From NCBI GenBank assembly GCA_029258835.1, contig JAPDJY010000014.1, positions 1-23,138 of the forward strand: 23,138 nucleotides of DNA, written 5' to 3'. Within the stretch, counting starts at the first letter, position 1, and the number at the start of each line of letters is the position of its first letter. Both the position numbers and the translations under genes were made by a program. A model generated the notes under the pieces. That model did not search any database and had not been told where the DNA came from. It saw nothing but the letters and a program-made list of their open reading frames with translations. Positions 1-9,074 of the stretch are shown one piece after another. Source of the stretch: Thermoproteota archaeon. Its GTDB lineage: Archaea > Asgardarchaeota > Jordiarchaeia > Jordiarchaeales > Freyrarchaeaceae.

Positions 1-175
1 ACAGACCTAGGTGAAGACCGGGTGTTAGAAGCCAGCTTGGCGGCGTGTTCACCCTTACAGTTACCCTACAAAGTTACCCTACATATGTTTAGGGGGATGG
101 GAGAGGGCGAAGGGAGGCTTCTTGGAGGCGGAACCTGACTGAGGCTCGGCAAGGTGCTTGGATGGGTAGCGTACG

Positions 176-871
176 TTATTTTTCAGCGGGCTGCCTAGGC
201 TGTTTCTCCCTCCACTTTTTTAATGCTTTTTCAGCTAGTAGCTCTGAGTACTTCTCCCACCGGGACTCTTCTCCCTTTTTCTTTCTCCATATCCTGAAGC
301 GGCAGGTTTCCGCCCCTGCTGGTATGGTCCACTTGAACTCGACGTCAAATTCTAACTTACTCTTCTCCCTGAGGTACCTTAACACCCCCTCCACCAAGTA
401 CCTTTGGATTCTGCAGTCGAAGGGCTTGTATATGTCTTGGTGGGGGCACCAGAGTATGTCGAAGATCGCCTCGTCCTCGCTCAGTATCTCGGGCTTCTCT
501 ATGGACGTCCACAGGATGGTGTTGACCGCCGTGGCGCAGAAGCTGGCTTTCTCGATGTCGCTCGTCCCCTCAGGGAAAACCGCGTCCTCGAACATCTGCC
601 TCGCAGCGTCGTACCCGACCTTCCTCAGGGATTCGTTGACAACCCTCTGTCCCTCAGGCCCAAAGTTCTCCTCAACGTCCTCCATCACTTGGAGCAGAGC
701 TTTGGCCATGAAAGCCCCCCAGATGAAGAGGGTTGCCGGGTCAAAGTCTGGCCTCCCCATCACTTCACGCCTAAACCTCTCAACGGCCTCGGCATAGGGA
801 ACACCAAACCTCGTCCCCTTCCAGTTCTCCTCTTTACGCTCACCCCTAGCGAGGATTCCCTCCTTAATCAA
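176..871 (-). CDS. L-2-amino-thiazoline-4-carboxylic acid hydrolase-like (V4R-like fold) protein
   Basis: 231 aa. Cys pattern WCPH..DC..TIPAGAETCRF resembles the ATC-hydrolase/V4R-like families. TTG start preceded by GGTGG. Confidence 0.65.
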   Translation of the reverse strand: MIKEGILARGERKEENWKGTRFGVPYAEAVERFRREVMGRPDFDPATLFIWGAFMAKALLQVMEDVEENFGPEGQRVVNESLRKVGYDAARQMFEDAVFPEGTSDIEKASFCATAVNTILWTSIEKPEILSEDEAIFDILWCPHQDIYKPFDCRIQRYLVEGVLRYLREKSKLEFDVEFKWTIPAGAETCRFRIWRKKKGEESRWEKYSELLAEKALKKWREKQPRQPAEK

Positions 872-904
872 GCAACCACCCGGAAATAAGAGGCAGAGAA
901 ACAG

Positions 905-920
905 CCTTTAAATGTTTCTG
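905..920 (-). promoter_or_regulatory. Putative archaeal BRE/TATA promoter of the 176-871 gene
   Basis: Minus strand reads CAGAAACATTTAAAG about 35-50 nt upstream of the TTG. Confidence 0.5.
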
Positions 921-1159
921 CCAGGCAGCTTCCCGGTGCTCCCCCATTTACTCAGATGAGGGCGCCGCACCAACCGCGCTGCCTCTCCACACCCGTCACA
1001 CCAGCCAAGAACGTTGAGAGACAAAAAGAGATAGAAATGTGGATTCCCTTTAAAGAGGGGGATGATTTAAGCGGTGTTTCCTTGCCACCGTGCTTCCGTT
1101 ACTAGGGCGCCTAGGCATGTCTTGCACATGCACTGAAGCATCTTAACTCGTTGGTTTGG

Positions 1160-2695
1160 TTACTTCTGTAGCTGCTTTATGCTTTGAAGCTCTGAGAAAA
1201 CGTCTTTAAGCCCTTCATAAACCTTCCGGTAGACCTCGTAAACCTTCAAGTACACTTTGTGGCTTTCCCTTTTCGGTTCTAGGCGTTCAGATACCTCGAC
1301 CATGGAAGCCGCCTGCTCGGCGCTGTACAGGCCCGACCCCACTCCGGCGAGTAAGGCGTCTCCAAACACCGTCGTCTCTGTTACCTTAGGAAGAAGGATC
1401 TTCCTTCCGGTGATGTCTGCTCTTATCTCCCTCCATATTCTGCTGTTAGCCACTCCCCCTGAAACCTTTAACTCGTCCACGTCAATTTTAAGTTCCTCTT
1501 TGACAAAGTCAAGTATTTCCTTGAGCTCGAAGGCCGTCCCCTCGATGAGAGCCCTTATAAAGTCGCTTCTGGTATGGTCGAAGTCGAGGCCGAAGACAAC
1601 GGCTTTCGCCGACGGGTTGATTTCAGAGGTCACCTTCCCTACGAACAGGGGGAGAGCGAGGAGCCCGTTGGATCCTGGAGGGCTCTTCTCAGCCTCTAAG
1701 TCCATGATCTTATACGGGCTGACACCTATAACCTTGGAGGCTTCCTCTTCGAACCTTCCGAAGTTGCTTTTAAGCCACTGGAACATCTGCCCACTAGGAG
1801 GCGGGTAGAGCTCCATGATCCATAAGTCCCGGTATGGATGGCAGAAAACCGTTGCTCTGAAGTCGAAGACCGGCTTGCTAAGCACTATGTTTAGCACGCT
1901 GGCCGTTCCAGCGGACTCTAGTGCTTCCCCTGCCCTAACCGCTCCAGCCCCAACCACGCCGCCTTCCTGGTCGCCCGCGCCGGCAATAACCTTTGTTCCA
2001 CGGCTGAGCCCTAACTCCGTTGCAGCCTCGCCTGTTAGTTCTCCTATCACCTCTGTGGACTCCTTAACCTCAGGCCATTTGTCTGGTGATATTCCATGCT
2101 GCTCCATTAACTCCTCAGACCACTTCCTTCTCACTATGTCAAACAGCTGGGTGTGGCCGGCTATCGACCAGTCGGTCGTGTACTCCCCTGTAAGCTTAAA
2201 GTTTATGAAGTCCTTGGGCTGCATGAACTTGTACGTTCTCTCGTATACTTCAGGGTGATGCTGTTTAAGCCAGAGAACCTTCTCAGCGGACCAAAGGTAG
2301 GTTATGGGTAAGCCGGTGATCTTTAAAACCGTGAAGAAGTCCACGTGTTCTAGGACCCACGCCTCCTGCTCCTTAGTCCTAGTATCCTGCCAGATCATAC
2401 AGTTATAGAGCGGCTCCCCGTCCTTGTCTAGGGGGACCACCCCCTCCTCCATGCTGCTCACACCTATCGCTTCAATGTCCTCGGGGTTTACCCCTGAAGA
2501 CGCGATAACCTCCCTGACAACCCTCTTCACGGCGTGCCACCAGTCCCTCGGGTTCTCCTCTGCCCACCCTGGCTTAGGCCTTATCACGCTGTACTCCTCA
2601 GAGCTATGGAATGCTTTAACTTTCCCCTCATCGTCGACGAGGATGGCTTTACAGTTTGTGGTTCCTATGTCTAAGCCAAGAGTGTAGACGGTCAC
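1160..2695 (-). CDS. FGGY-family carbohydrate kinase (xylulokinase-like)
   Basis: Motifs LGLDIGTT, IWQDTR, GAGDQ, SAGTA, SGGVANS. The likely start is GTG at 2695, which overlaps the upstream stop (GTGA) and follows GGAGGGTGG, rather than 2782. Confidence 0.9.
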   Translation of the reverse strand: MTVYTLGLDIGTTNCKAILVDDEGKVKAFHSSEEYSVIRPKPGWAEENPRDWWHAVKRVVREVIASSGVNPEDIEAIGVSSMEEGVVPLDKDGEPLYNCMIWQDTRTKEQEAWVLEHVDFFTVLKITGLPITYLWSAEKVLWLKQHHPEVYERTYKFMQPKDFINFKLTGEYTTDWSIAGHTQLFDIVRRKWSEELMEQHGISPDKWPEVKESTEVIGELTGEAATELGLSRGTKVIAGAGDQEGGVVGAGAVRAGEALESAGTASVLNIVLSKPVFDFRATVFCHPYRDLWIMELYPPPSGQMFQWLKSNFGRFEEEASKVIGVSPYKIMDLEAEKSPPGSNGLLALPLFVGKVTSEINPSAKAVVFGLDFDHTRSDFIRALIEGTAFELKEILDFVKEELKIDVDELKVSGGVANSRIWREIRADITGRKILLPKVTETTVFGDALLAGVGSGLYSAEQAASMVEVSERLEPKRESHKVYLKVYEVYRKVYEGLKDVFSELQSIKQLQK

Positions 2696-3936
2696 GTTCC
2701 ACCCTCCTTGAAAGCCCTCACAACCTTTCTCGTAGCAGCCACTATGTCGTCTAGGTCTTTCCTTGAGAGGGTGGGGCTGCAACCACTAATAGCCACATAC
2801 CTCTCAATCACCTTTTCGGCGTTAGGGCACATTTTCCCGTAATCTATTGGCCGCCCGTACAGGGGGCATTCGAAGGGGCACTTTGTTTCACCATAAACGC
2901 TCTTCTTCAGGTAAAACTCTTGGAGGTTGTCAGGCACGTCGAAGTACCCGGAGGCTATCCCCTCAGCCCAGAGGGCGAAGACGAACGTTTTCCTGTCTAC
3001 TTTAAGGGAGTCCTCAAGCCTCACCGTGTAGAGCCACCAGACGCTCCTCCCCCAAGGGGGCTCCTTGGTGATGGTTATGCCGTCGCCGTCCAGGTCGCTT
3101 AGCTCCTTGGTAAGGTACTCCGCGTTCTCCCTGCGCTTCTTGATGAACTGGTCTATTTTCCTGAGCTGCATTAGCCCTATGGCGGCAGCCACTTCACTCA
3201 TCCTATAGTTATATCCCATGTAAACATACCTGTAGGCGTGGGGCTCATTAACAGGCCTGCCAAAGTTCGCTATGGAGAAGATCTTCTCTGCTAGCTCATC
3301 ATCATTAGTAAGGACGAAGCCCCCCTCACCTGTAGTTATAACCTTACTTTGATGAAGGCTGAAGCATCCGACGTCGCCTATCGTCCCAACCCTCCGACCC
3401 TTATACTCTGCCCCTATGGCCTGAGCCGCATCCTCCACCAGGAAGATCCCCTTCTCCTCGGCTACCTCCCTTATGGGGTCCAAGTCGGCTGGGTGACCTG
3501 CTAAGTGTATGGGTATCACCGCCTTCGTCCTGTCTGTCACCTTACGCTTAACATCATCCGGGTCCATCATGCCCGTATCCGGGTCGACGTCCGCGAAGAC
3601 GGGTATGGCATTCTGGTAGAGCACGCAGGTCGTCGCGGTGATGAAGCCTATGGGTGAAACTATGACTTCGTCCCCGGGCCCTATCCCGAGCGCTGCCAGG
3701 GCGGCGTGCAACGCGCTGGTCCCGGTGTTCGTCGCTATGGCATGCTTTACGCCGAAGTACCTCGCCAGCTCCCTCTCAAACGTCAGCGTCTCCTCCCCGT
3801 ACGTTCTCACCAAGATCCTAGACCTTAAAACCTTAACCACCTCGTTTATCTCCTCCTCCCCTATGGCGGGAACGTGGATCGGTAAAACTTCCTTTCTCAC
3901 GGGGGTTCCACCCTCTAAGGCAAGCCTTTCACCCAT
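2692..3936 (-). CDS. DegT/DnrJ/EryC1/StrS-family PLP-dependent aminotransferase
   Basis: Motifs GTSALH, EDAAQA, FSLHQSKVITTGEGG (PLP lysine), GYNYRM. Confidence 0.92.
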   Translation of the reverse strand: MGERLALEGGTPVRKEVLPIHVPAIGEEEINEVVKVLRSRILVRTYGEETLTFERELARYFGVKHAIATNTGTSALHAALAALGIGPGDEVIVSPIGFITATTCVLYQNAIPVFADVDPDTGMMDPDDVKRKVTDRTKAVIPIHLAGHPADLDPIREVAEEKGIFLVEDAAQAIGAEYKGRRVGTIGDVGCFSLHQSKVITTGEGGFVLTNDDELAEKIFSIANFGRPVNEPHAYRYVYMGYNYRMSEVAAAIGLMQLRKIDQFIKKRRENAEYLTKELSDLDGDGITITKEPPWGRSVWWLYTVRLEDSLKVDRKTFVFALWAEGIASGYFDVPDNLQEFYLKKSVYGETKCPFECPLYGRPIDYGKMCPNAEKVIERYVAISGCSPTLSRKDLDDIVAATRKVVRAFKEGGT

Positions 3937-3948
3937 AATGCACCACCT

Positions 3949-5631
3949 CTACTGCCTTGCAACCTCCCTCCTTAGAGCCTCCCTCAACACCCAGGGCGAT
4001 ATCTCACCCGAGTCATCAAAAACAACGTCTACAACGGCTGGCTTACCGGCTTCAAAAGCCCTTTCCAGGGCGCCGTGGACGTCGCCCGGCTTCTCAACCC
4101 TCTCCCCGTAAGCTCTAAACCCCTTAGCCACCTGGGAGAAGTCTACGTCTAAGTAGTCGACTCCTATGTACCTTTCAGAGTGCTTCACCTGCTGGATCTG
4201 CTTGATCTCGGCAGTCCCCCTGTTGTTCATGACGACCACCACAACGTTTATCCCGTGTCTGACGGCGGTCTCAAGCTCCTGTATCATGGCGGCGAACCCT
4301 CCATCCCCGGTCAGGCAAACCACGCGTTTCTCGGGGGCTGCAAGCTTGGCTCCGAGGGACGCCGGGAAGCCGAAGCCAACCGTCCCGAACCCGACGGGCG
4401 TGATGAACTCGACTCCCTCCCCGGCTTGAATGTACTTTATCGACCAGAGCTGGTTGTTTCCCACGTCCGTTACAACCACGCATTCACCCTTCAGGAACGC
4501 CTTCACCTCGTCCATCAAAGCCTTCGGCGTCACACGCCCACCCTTAACAGCCCCCTTCAGCAACTCCCCCCAGAACTCCTCCCTCACCTCCCTGAGCTCC
4601 CTCAGCCTTTTCTCCCTGCCAACGGGGGGACGCCTCCCTTTAATGGACGTGATCATTTCCTCCAGGACCGCCTTGGCGTCCCCCACTATTCCAACCCTTA
4701 CAGGGTAGTTTTTACCTATCTCACACGGGTCCACGTCTACGTGAATAAGGTTTCTCGGCACCGGCAGATGCCAGTCAACCGTCGATATGCCAGAGAACCT
4801 GCACCCCACTGCTAGCATGACGTCGCATCCGCTAATAAGCCTCCACCCGCTTTCCGTTAAGAGTGCTGCCGGGGCTACACCCAGCACTAGGGGGTTGTCC
4901 TCGGGCACCACCCCCTTACCGGTCAGGGTGGTTAGCACGGGTGCACCTAGAAGGCTCGCCAGCTCCAAAACTTCAGAGGATGCCTGCGACCACTTTACCC
5001 CTCCACCGGCGAGGATCACAGGTTTTTCAGCGCTTAAAAGTAGCTCCACAGCCTCCTCCACCTTCCCACGGTCCCCTCTCACCCTTCCCTCAGGCCTGTA
5101 GCGCTGAGGCGCGACGTCCTCGAACTCCACGTCCTCTAGCAGCACGTCCCTAGGCAGGTCCAGGTGCGCCGGCCCATACCTTCCACTCAGAGCAACCCTG
5201 AAAGCAGTCCTTAGGAGCTCGGGAACCCTGCCGCCGCTGGGAGCCCTGCAACTCCACTTAGTGAAGTGTCTGAAAACCGCGACCGTGTCGAACTCTTGGA
5301 TTGCACCTTTATAGAGCTCTGTGGTTCTAACCTGACCTGTTAAGACGATGAGGGGGGAGGAGCTTGCGTAGGCCTCGGCGACGCCGGTCACCATGTTTGT
5401 AGCCCCAGGGCCGGCTGTCCCCAAGCACACTCCCGGGCGTCCTTTAACCCTGGCGTAGCCGTCCGCCATGTGTGCGGCAGCCTCCTCGTGCCTAACCGAG
5501 ATGAGCTCCACTTCGTCCTCGTCGTAGATTGCATCGTATATGGGCTGAATGTGTCCTCCTGGAAGAGAGAAAACGTAGGGGACAGCCTCCCCCCTTAGAA
5601 CTCCAACTATGGCTTTGCTTACGCTAACCAC
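3949..5631 (-). CDS. Thiamine pyrophosphate-binding enzyme (acetolactate synthase large subunit-like)
   Basis: RHEEAAAHMADGYAR (catalytic Glu), GPGATN, and the GDGG...NN TPP motif. No ALS regulatory subunit is present in the window. Confidence 0.9.
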   Translation of the reverse strand: MVSVSKAIVGVLRGEAVPYVFSLPGGHIQPIYDAIYDEDEVELISVRHEEAAAHMADGYARVKGRPGVCLGTAGPGATNMVTGVAEAYASSSPLIVLTGQVRTTELYKGAIQEFDTVAVFRHFTKWSCRAPSGGRVPELLRTAFRVALSGRYGPAHLDLPRDVLLEDVEFEDVAPQRYRPEGRVRGDRGKVEEAVELLLSAEKPVILAGGGVKWSQASSEVLELASLLGAPVLTTLTGKGVVPEDNPLVLGVAPAALLTESGWRLISGCDVMLAVGCRFSGISTVDWHLPVPRNLIHVDVDPCEIGKNYPVRVGIVGDAKAVLEEMITSIKGRRPPVGREKRLRELREVREEFWGELLKGAVKGGRVTPKALMDEVKAFLKGECVVVTDVGNNQLWSIKYIQAGEGVEFITPVGFGTVGFGFPASLGAKLAAPEKRVVCLTGDGGFAAMIQELETAVRHGINVVVVVMNNRGTAEIKQIQQVKHSERYIGVDYLDVDFSQVAKGFRAYGERVEKPGDVHGALERAFEAGKPAVVDVVFDDSGEISPWVLREALRREVARQ

Positions 5632-5669
5632 GTTAACCCCTCTTCACGCCACCCGTTGACCTCTCCTCT

Positions 5670-5987
5670 TTACACGCCTTCACACCAGAGGTCTCTGATA
5701 ACCCTGTCCTTTCTGATCGGCTCAACCACTATGTCACCGTTTACCTCCGTTGTGCATGCAAGGCACGGCTTCCCGTTCACTCTAACCATGCACCTCTTGC
5801 AGAAGCCCAGATGGCAGTTGACGATGAACGCGAGGCTTGGATCCAGCTTCTCCCTAATGTAGAGCAGGCAGTTCATCACGCTCATAGCCCCCTCTAAAGG
5901 AACCTCGTATGTTTCGTAGCGCGGCTCCTCGTCCTCTTCAGGGTTAAACCTGAAGCATTTAACCTTCACAACCTTCACGCCGCCCAA
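5670..5987 (-). CDS. Stand-alone 2Fe-2S protein homologous to the SdhB/FrdB N-terminal domain
   Basis: RFNPEED..YEVP, LDPSLAF, and C-x4-C-x2-C-x11-C. It lacks the C-terminal 4Fe-4S/3Fe-4S domain. Confidence 0.85.
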   Translation of the reverse strand: MGGVKVVKVKCFRFNPEEDEEPRYETYEVPLEGAMSVMNCLLYIREKLDPSLAFIVNCHLGFCKRCMVRVNGKPCLACTTEVNGDIVVEPIRKDRVIRDLWCEGV

Positions 5988-6003
5988 AGAGCCCCTCCTC
6001 CAC

Positions 6004-7824
6004 CTAGTCCCTTTTCAGCGAGGCCGTCGCCACGCCTATAGCCTCCTGATACGTCAGCCTCCCGCTGGGAAGCGGAACCCTGGTGACAACCGGCTTCTCA
6101 AACCATACTTCACACTCGCCATCCCTCATCCTCACAACGATGTTCTTAAGCCAGTTATCGTTGTCCGTGTAGGGGCAGTCCCTACGGTAAAACTCCCCTC
6201 TACTCTCCTCACGGATAAGCGACGACCTGGCCGAGAGGTAAAGGCATGTCAGCATGTTCCTCAACTCAAGCGACCTAGCCCATTCATAGTTCAGCACCCG
6301 GGTCTTCGTGGATGAAACATAGAGCTCCTCCACGTCGCGTTTAAGCATCCTTTCCAGCTCGGAGACGGCCTCCCTCAAGGCGGCGCCATCCTTAATCACG
6401 CCAAGCTTCCCCCCTGAAACAGCGTGCATCCTGCCTTGAAGCTCGTTCGGCGTAACCCCTCCACCCCTCTCGAGGGGCTTAAACACGCGCTTCAGGATGG
6501 CTTCCACCTGCCCTGCGTCCACGTCGGCGTAGTCCACCTTCTCCACGTACTCCGATGCAACCTCCCCTGCAAGCTTACCCTGGGCTCCAGCCTCGGTGCA
6601 CGCCGACGCCACCCGGGCTGCACCCCAGAGGCCGCCCGAGCACTCGCCTGCCGCGAAAAGCCCTGGTATGCTCGTCTCCGTCCTCTCGTTAACCTTAATC
6701 CCCCCACACATGTAGTGGGCTGCGTTGCCAACCTCGATATCCTCCGTTTTACACCTCTCAAGTAGCTGGGGGAGTAGCGTGGTGAACTCGTAGCGCGTCT
6801 CCCTCAGCTCCTCCCTAACCCTCTTCTTAACCGCTTGAACTATGAAGTCTATTGTTTCAGCGCCGAGATGCCTTAGGGAGAAGAACACTCCCCCATGCGG
6901 CCCACCCCTCCCAGCCTCAACCTCAAGCTCCGAGGCTATGGAAACTATCTCCTTAGTGCTCTGCTCAAGGTTCCTTGGGTCATACCTCTCCATGAACCGT
7001 TCACCCTTACTGTTCAGGAGCCGGATCACCCGTCCAACCTCGAGGCTGCTGAAGACGTAGAGGCAGATGCTCCCCCGATCCTTAGGAGGCCACACGAGGG
7101 TTAAGGGGCAGAACTGAACCATCTCCATCGATATGAGCTCTGCACCAGCCCGGTAGGCCATCGCCACCCCGTCACCCGTCAGGTCACTGGGGGCCGTGTT
7201 GAACGGGTATGCAGCCTGCCACCCTCCGGTTGCAAGGATTACAGCCTTACTCCTGATCAGAACCGTTTCACCCTTCTTCATATCCAGCGCCACCGCGCCG
7301 GCCACCCGCCCGCCACTAGTCAGCAGGTCGACGACCATCGTATCCTCCATTACAGGTATCCCCAGCTCCCTAACCCTCCTCCTTATGGCCTTAACCCACA
7401 GCACCCCTGAAGTCGTCACCCCCCGCGCCATTTCCTCGGCGTGAGCGGACTCATACCCGTAAACCCTCATACCCCAGTCCAAAAGGTCCTTGAGGCTTTT
7501 CGGAGCGTACTCCACGTATTTCTCAACCATCTTCTGGTTGCTGAGGTAGAGCCCCTCCCTAACTATGTCCTCGACGAACCTTTCAGGGCTGTCCCTGTCG
7601 TCCCCGGGGAAGCCGAGCGCCTTAGCGCTCTGCCCGTCAACGTTGAAGTCAGCCCCAGCCATCTGGGAGGCGCCGCACTGGCTGATCCTACCCTTCGCCA
7701 CCACCAGGACGTCGACGCCGCGGCTTCGGGCCTCGACCGCCGCGTGCCCCCCAGCCCCCTCGCTTCCAACAACCAGCAAGTCGACCTTCAGAGACCTGTC
7801 ACACATCCCTTCAGCTTCACCCAT
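6004..7824 (-). CDS. SdhA/FrdA/NadB-family FAD-dependent oxidoreductase, substrate unknown
   Basis: Motifs VVGSEGAG, ILATGG, TGDG, HYMCGGI, LFAAGE, REESRG. Dicarboxylate-site residues are altered (QFCP, STKE). Confidence 0.85.
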   Translation of the reverse strand: MGEAEGMCDRSLKVDLLVVGSEGAGGHAAVEARSRGVDVLVVAKGRISQCGASQMAGADFNVDGQSAKALGFPGDDRDSPERFVEDIVREGLYLSNQKMVEKYVEYAPKSLKDLLDWGMRVYGYESAHAEEMARGVTTSGVLWVKAIRRRVRELGIPVMEDTMVVDLLTSGGRVAGAVALDMKKGETVLIRSKAVILATGGWQAAYPFNTAPSDLTGDGVAMAYRAGAELISMEMVQFCPLTLVWPPKDRGSICLYVFSSLEVGRVIRLLNSKGERFMERYDPRNLEQSTKEIVSIASELEVEAGRGGPHGGVFFSLRHLGAETIDFIVQAVKKRVREELRETRYEFTTLLPQLLERCKTEDIEVGNAAHYMCGGIKVNERTETSIPGLFAAGECSGGLWGAARVASACTEAGAQGKLAGEVASEYVEKVDYADVDAGQVEAILKRVFKPLERGGGVTPNELQGRMHAVSGGKLGVIKDGAALREAVSELERMLKRDVEELYVSSTKTRVLNYEWARSLELRNMLTCLYLSARSSLIREESRGEFYRRDCPYTDNDNWLKNIVVRMRDGECEVWFEKPVVTRVPLPSGRLTYQEAIGVATASLKRD

Positions 7825-7840
7825 TAAACCACCCCGACGG

Positions 7841-8401
7841 CTACCCGGGCTGCTTCCCGGGGGCTAGGTACCTGAGGAGGCAGCGCTTATCCCCCTTAGT
7901 CATGTTTTCAGGCACCTCCAGCACCAGGCTTGGATTGTACCCTCTCAGGACGGCTTTGTCTATGTGCTCGCAGTATATGCTCCCGTACTCCTCCTTCCCC
8001 CAGTCGCGGCACCCCTTGGCGAAGGGGCACTCCGTCACCGTTATCTCAACATCCCCGTCCACTATGTTCACCGAGTAGGTGAGGTTGCCTCTGCTGTCGA
8101 AGTCGCTGTAGATGAAGAAGTTTTTCAGGTCTAACGGCTTGCCGAGCGACTTCACCAGCTCGGCGATCCTCCTCCCTCTCTCCTCGCCGAACCGCTTCAC
8201 AGCTTCGGCGACGGCGTCTCTCCCCTCGTCTCCAAACCTCGATATGACCTCCTCAGCTAGGGTGCAGAACATCTGGGCGAAGAGGGAGAAGAGGTGCGTC
8301 TTGTACCGGTTTCCAACCTCCTCCATCTTCTTAGCTACTTCAAGAAGGTCGTTTAAAGTAAATTTTTCCTCTCCCGTTTCCACCACCTCTCCTCCTAGCA
8401 T
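7841..8401 (-). CDS. L-2-amino-thiazoline-4-carboxylic acid hydrolase-family protein
   Basis: AVKRFGEERGRR, ECPFA..W, YCEHID, GYNP, MTKGDKRC. An alternative GTG start near 8386 is possible. Confidence 0.75.
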   Translation of the reverse strand: MLGGEVVETGEEKFTLNDLLEVAKKMEEVGNRYKTHLFSLFAQMFCTLAEEVISRFGDEGRDAVAEAVKRFGEERGRRIAELVKSLGKPLDLKNFFIYSDFDSRGNLTYSVNIVDGDVEITVTECPFAKGCRDWGKEEYGSIYCEHIDKAVLRGYNPSLVLEVPENMTKGDKRCLLRYLAPGKQPG

Positions 8402-8430
8402 TAAACAAGGTAACCATAGGGCACCCCCAC

Positions 8431-8445
8431 TTATTTAACCTTCGA
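8431..8445 (-). promoter_or_regulatory. Putative BRE/TATA promoter of the six-gene operon
   Basis: Minus strand reads CGAAGGTTAAATAA about 30 nt upstream of ATG 8401. Confidence 0.55.
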
Positions 8446-8895
8446 TTTAGCCTTCACACAGCCAACGTGAAAGGTAGGTTAAGGCACGTGGCAGCAGAGC
8501 ATTCCGCTGGCTCTACTTGCCCTAAATGCGGCGTAAACCGCGCTTACGCTTGAAAAATAACCAACCCCAACTCGACAAGGCATCAACACCCAACACGGGG
8601 AACAGCCGGCAAACCCACACTAACCCTCCCAACCACCCTCACCAGCACAACCACCACACGCCACAAGCCGCACATCACCATCTCCATTTCCATTCAAATT
8701 TTGTTTACCAACTTAACATAGCCCCACAGCCAAGGAGGAGCCTAATAAGCCCTTGCCGTTCCCTTTCCATCAGGTTTTACTTATTTTCTGAAGGAAAAGC
8801 AAAAACTCTCTTGAAAAAGTCCTCGATGAAGGTTGCCGCTCCCTCTTCATCGGGTTTTGTTTGTTTTCCGGGTTGCTTTTGCTTTTTTGGTTTTT

Positions 8896-8919
8896 GGTTC
8901 TGTTAACTTATTATTGGTG
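8896..8919 (+). repeat. Left terminal inverted repeat
   Basis: GGTTCTGTTAACTTATTATTGGTG. It begins GGTTCTGTT, as the ends of IS6-family IS257/IS1216 do. Confidence 0.65.
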
Positions 8920-8995
8920 TAACGTTCCGGTGGATGAACGAAGTTGCCGAACGCAATTTGGGGGAATCTTTGATCCCTTTTATCCGCTGTTAGGC
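8917..8995 (-). other. attC-like recombination site (79 bp)
   Basis: Minus strand: R'' GCCTAAC, then AGCGGATAAAAG ... CGTTCATCCACCGGAAC, then R' GTTACAC. It forms an imperfect hairpin with two sub-hairpins and lies downstream of the last cassette gene. Confidence 0.65.
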
Positions 8996-9074
8996 GTCCG
9001 AAGGGCAAATTTCTTTGAAAGAAATTTCGAGTTTTCGAGGGTTCGCGAAATTTTACATGTTTAGTGCAGCGAAA

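Noticed and set aside
5670-7824. Annotation as true sdhAB/frdAB
   Set aside because: Catalytic residues are altered, the B subunit is truncated and there are no anchor subunits.
162-8438. Many plus-strand and short alternate-frame ORFs over the operon
   Set aside because: They are antisense or off-frame shadows of well-supported genes and have no recognisable motifs.
8824-8860. Hairpin CGATGAAG/CTTCATCG plus T-run as a terminator or second attC
   Set aside because: There is no upstream plus-strand gene and no flanking AAC/GTT boxes.
8526-8906. 126-aa ORF, and similar ORFs at 12112-12456 and 16268-16579
   Set aside because: They are products of low-complexity CA/GT-skewed intergenic DNA.
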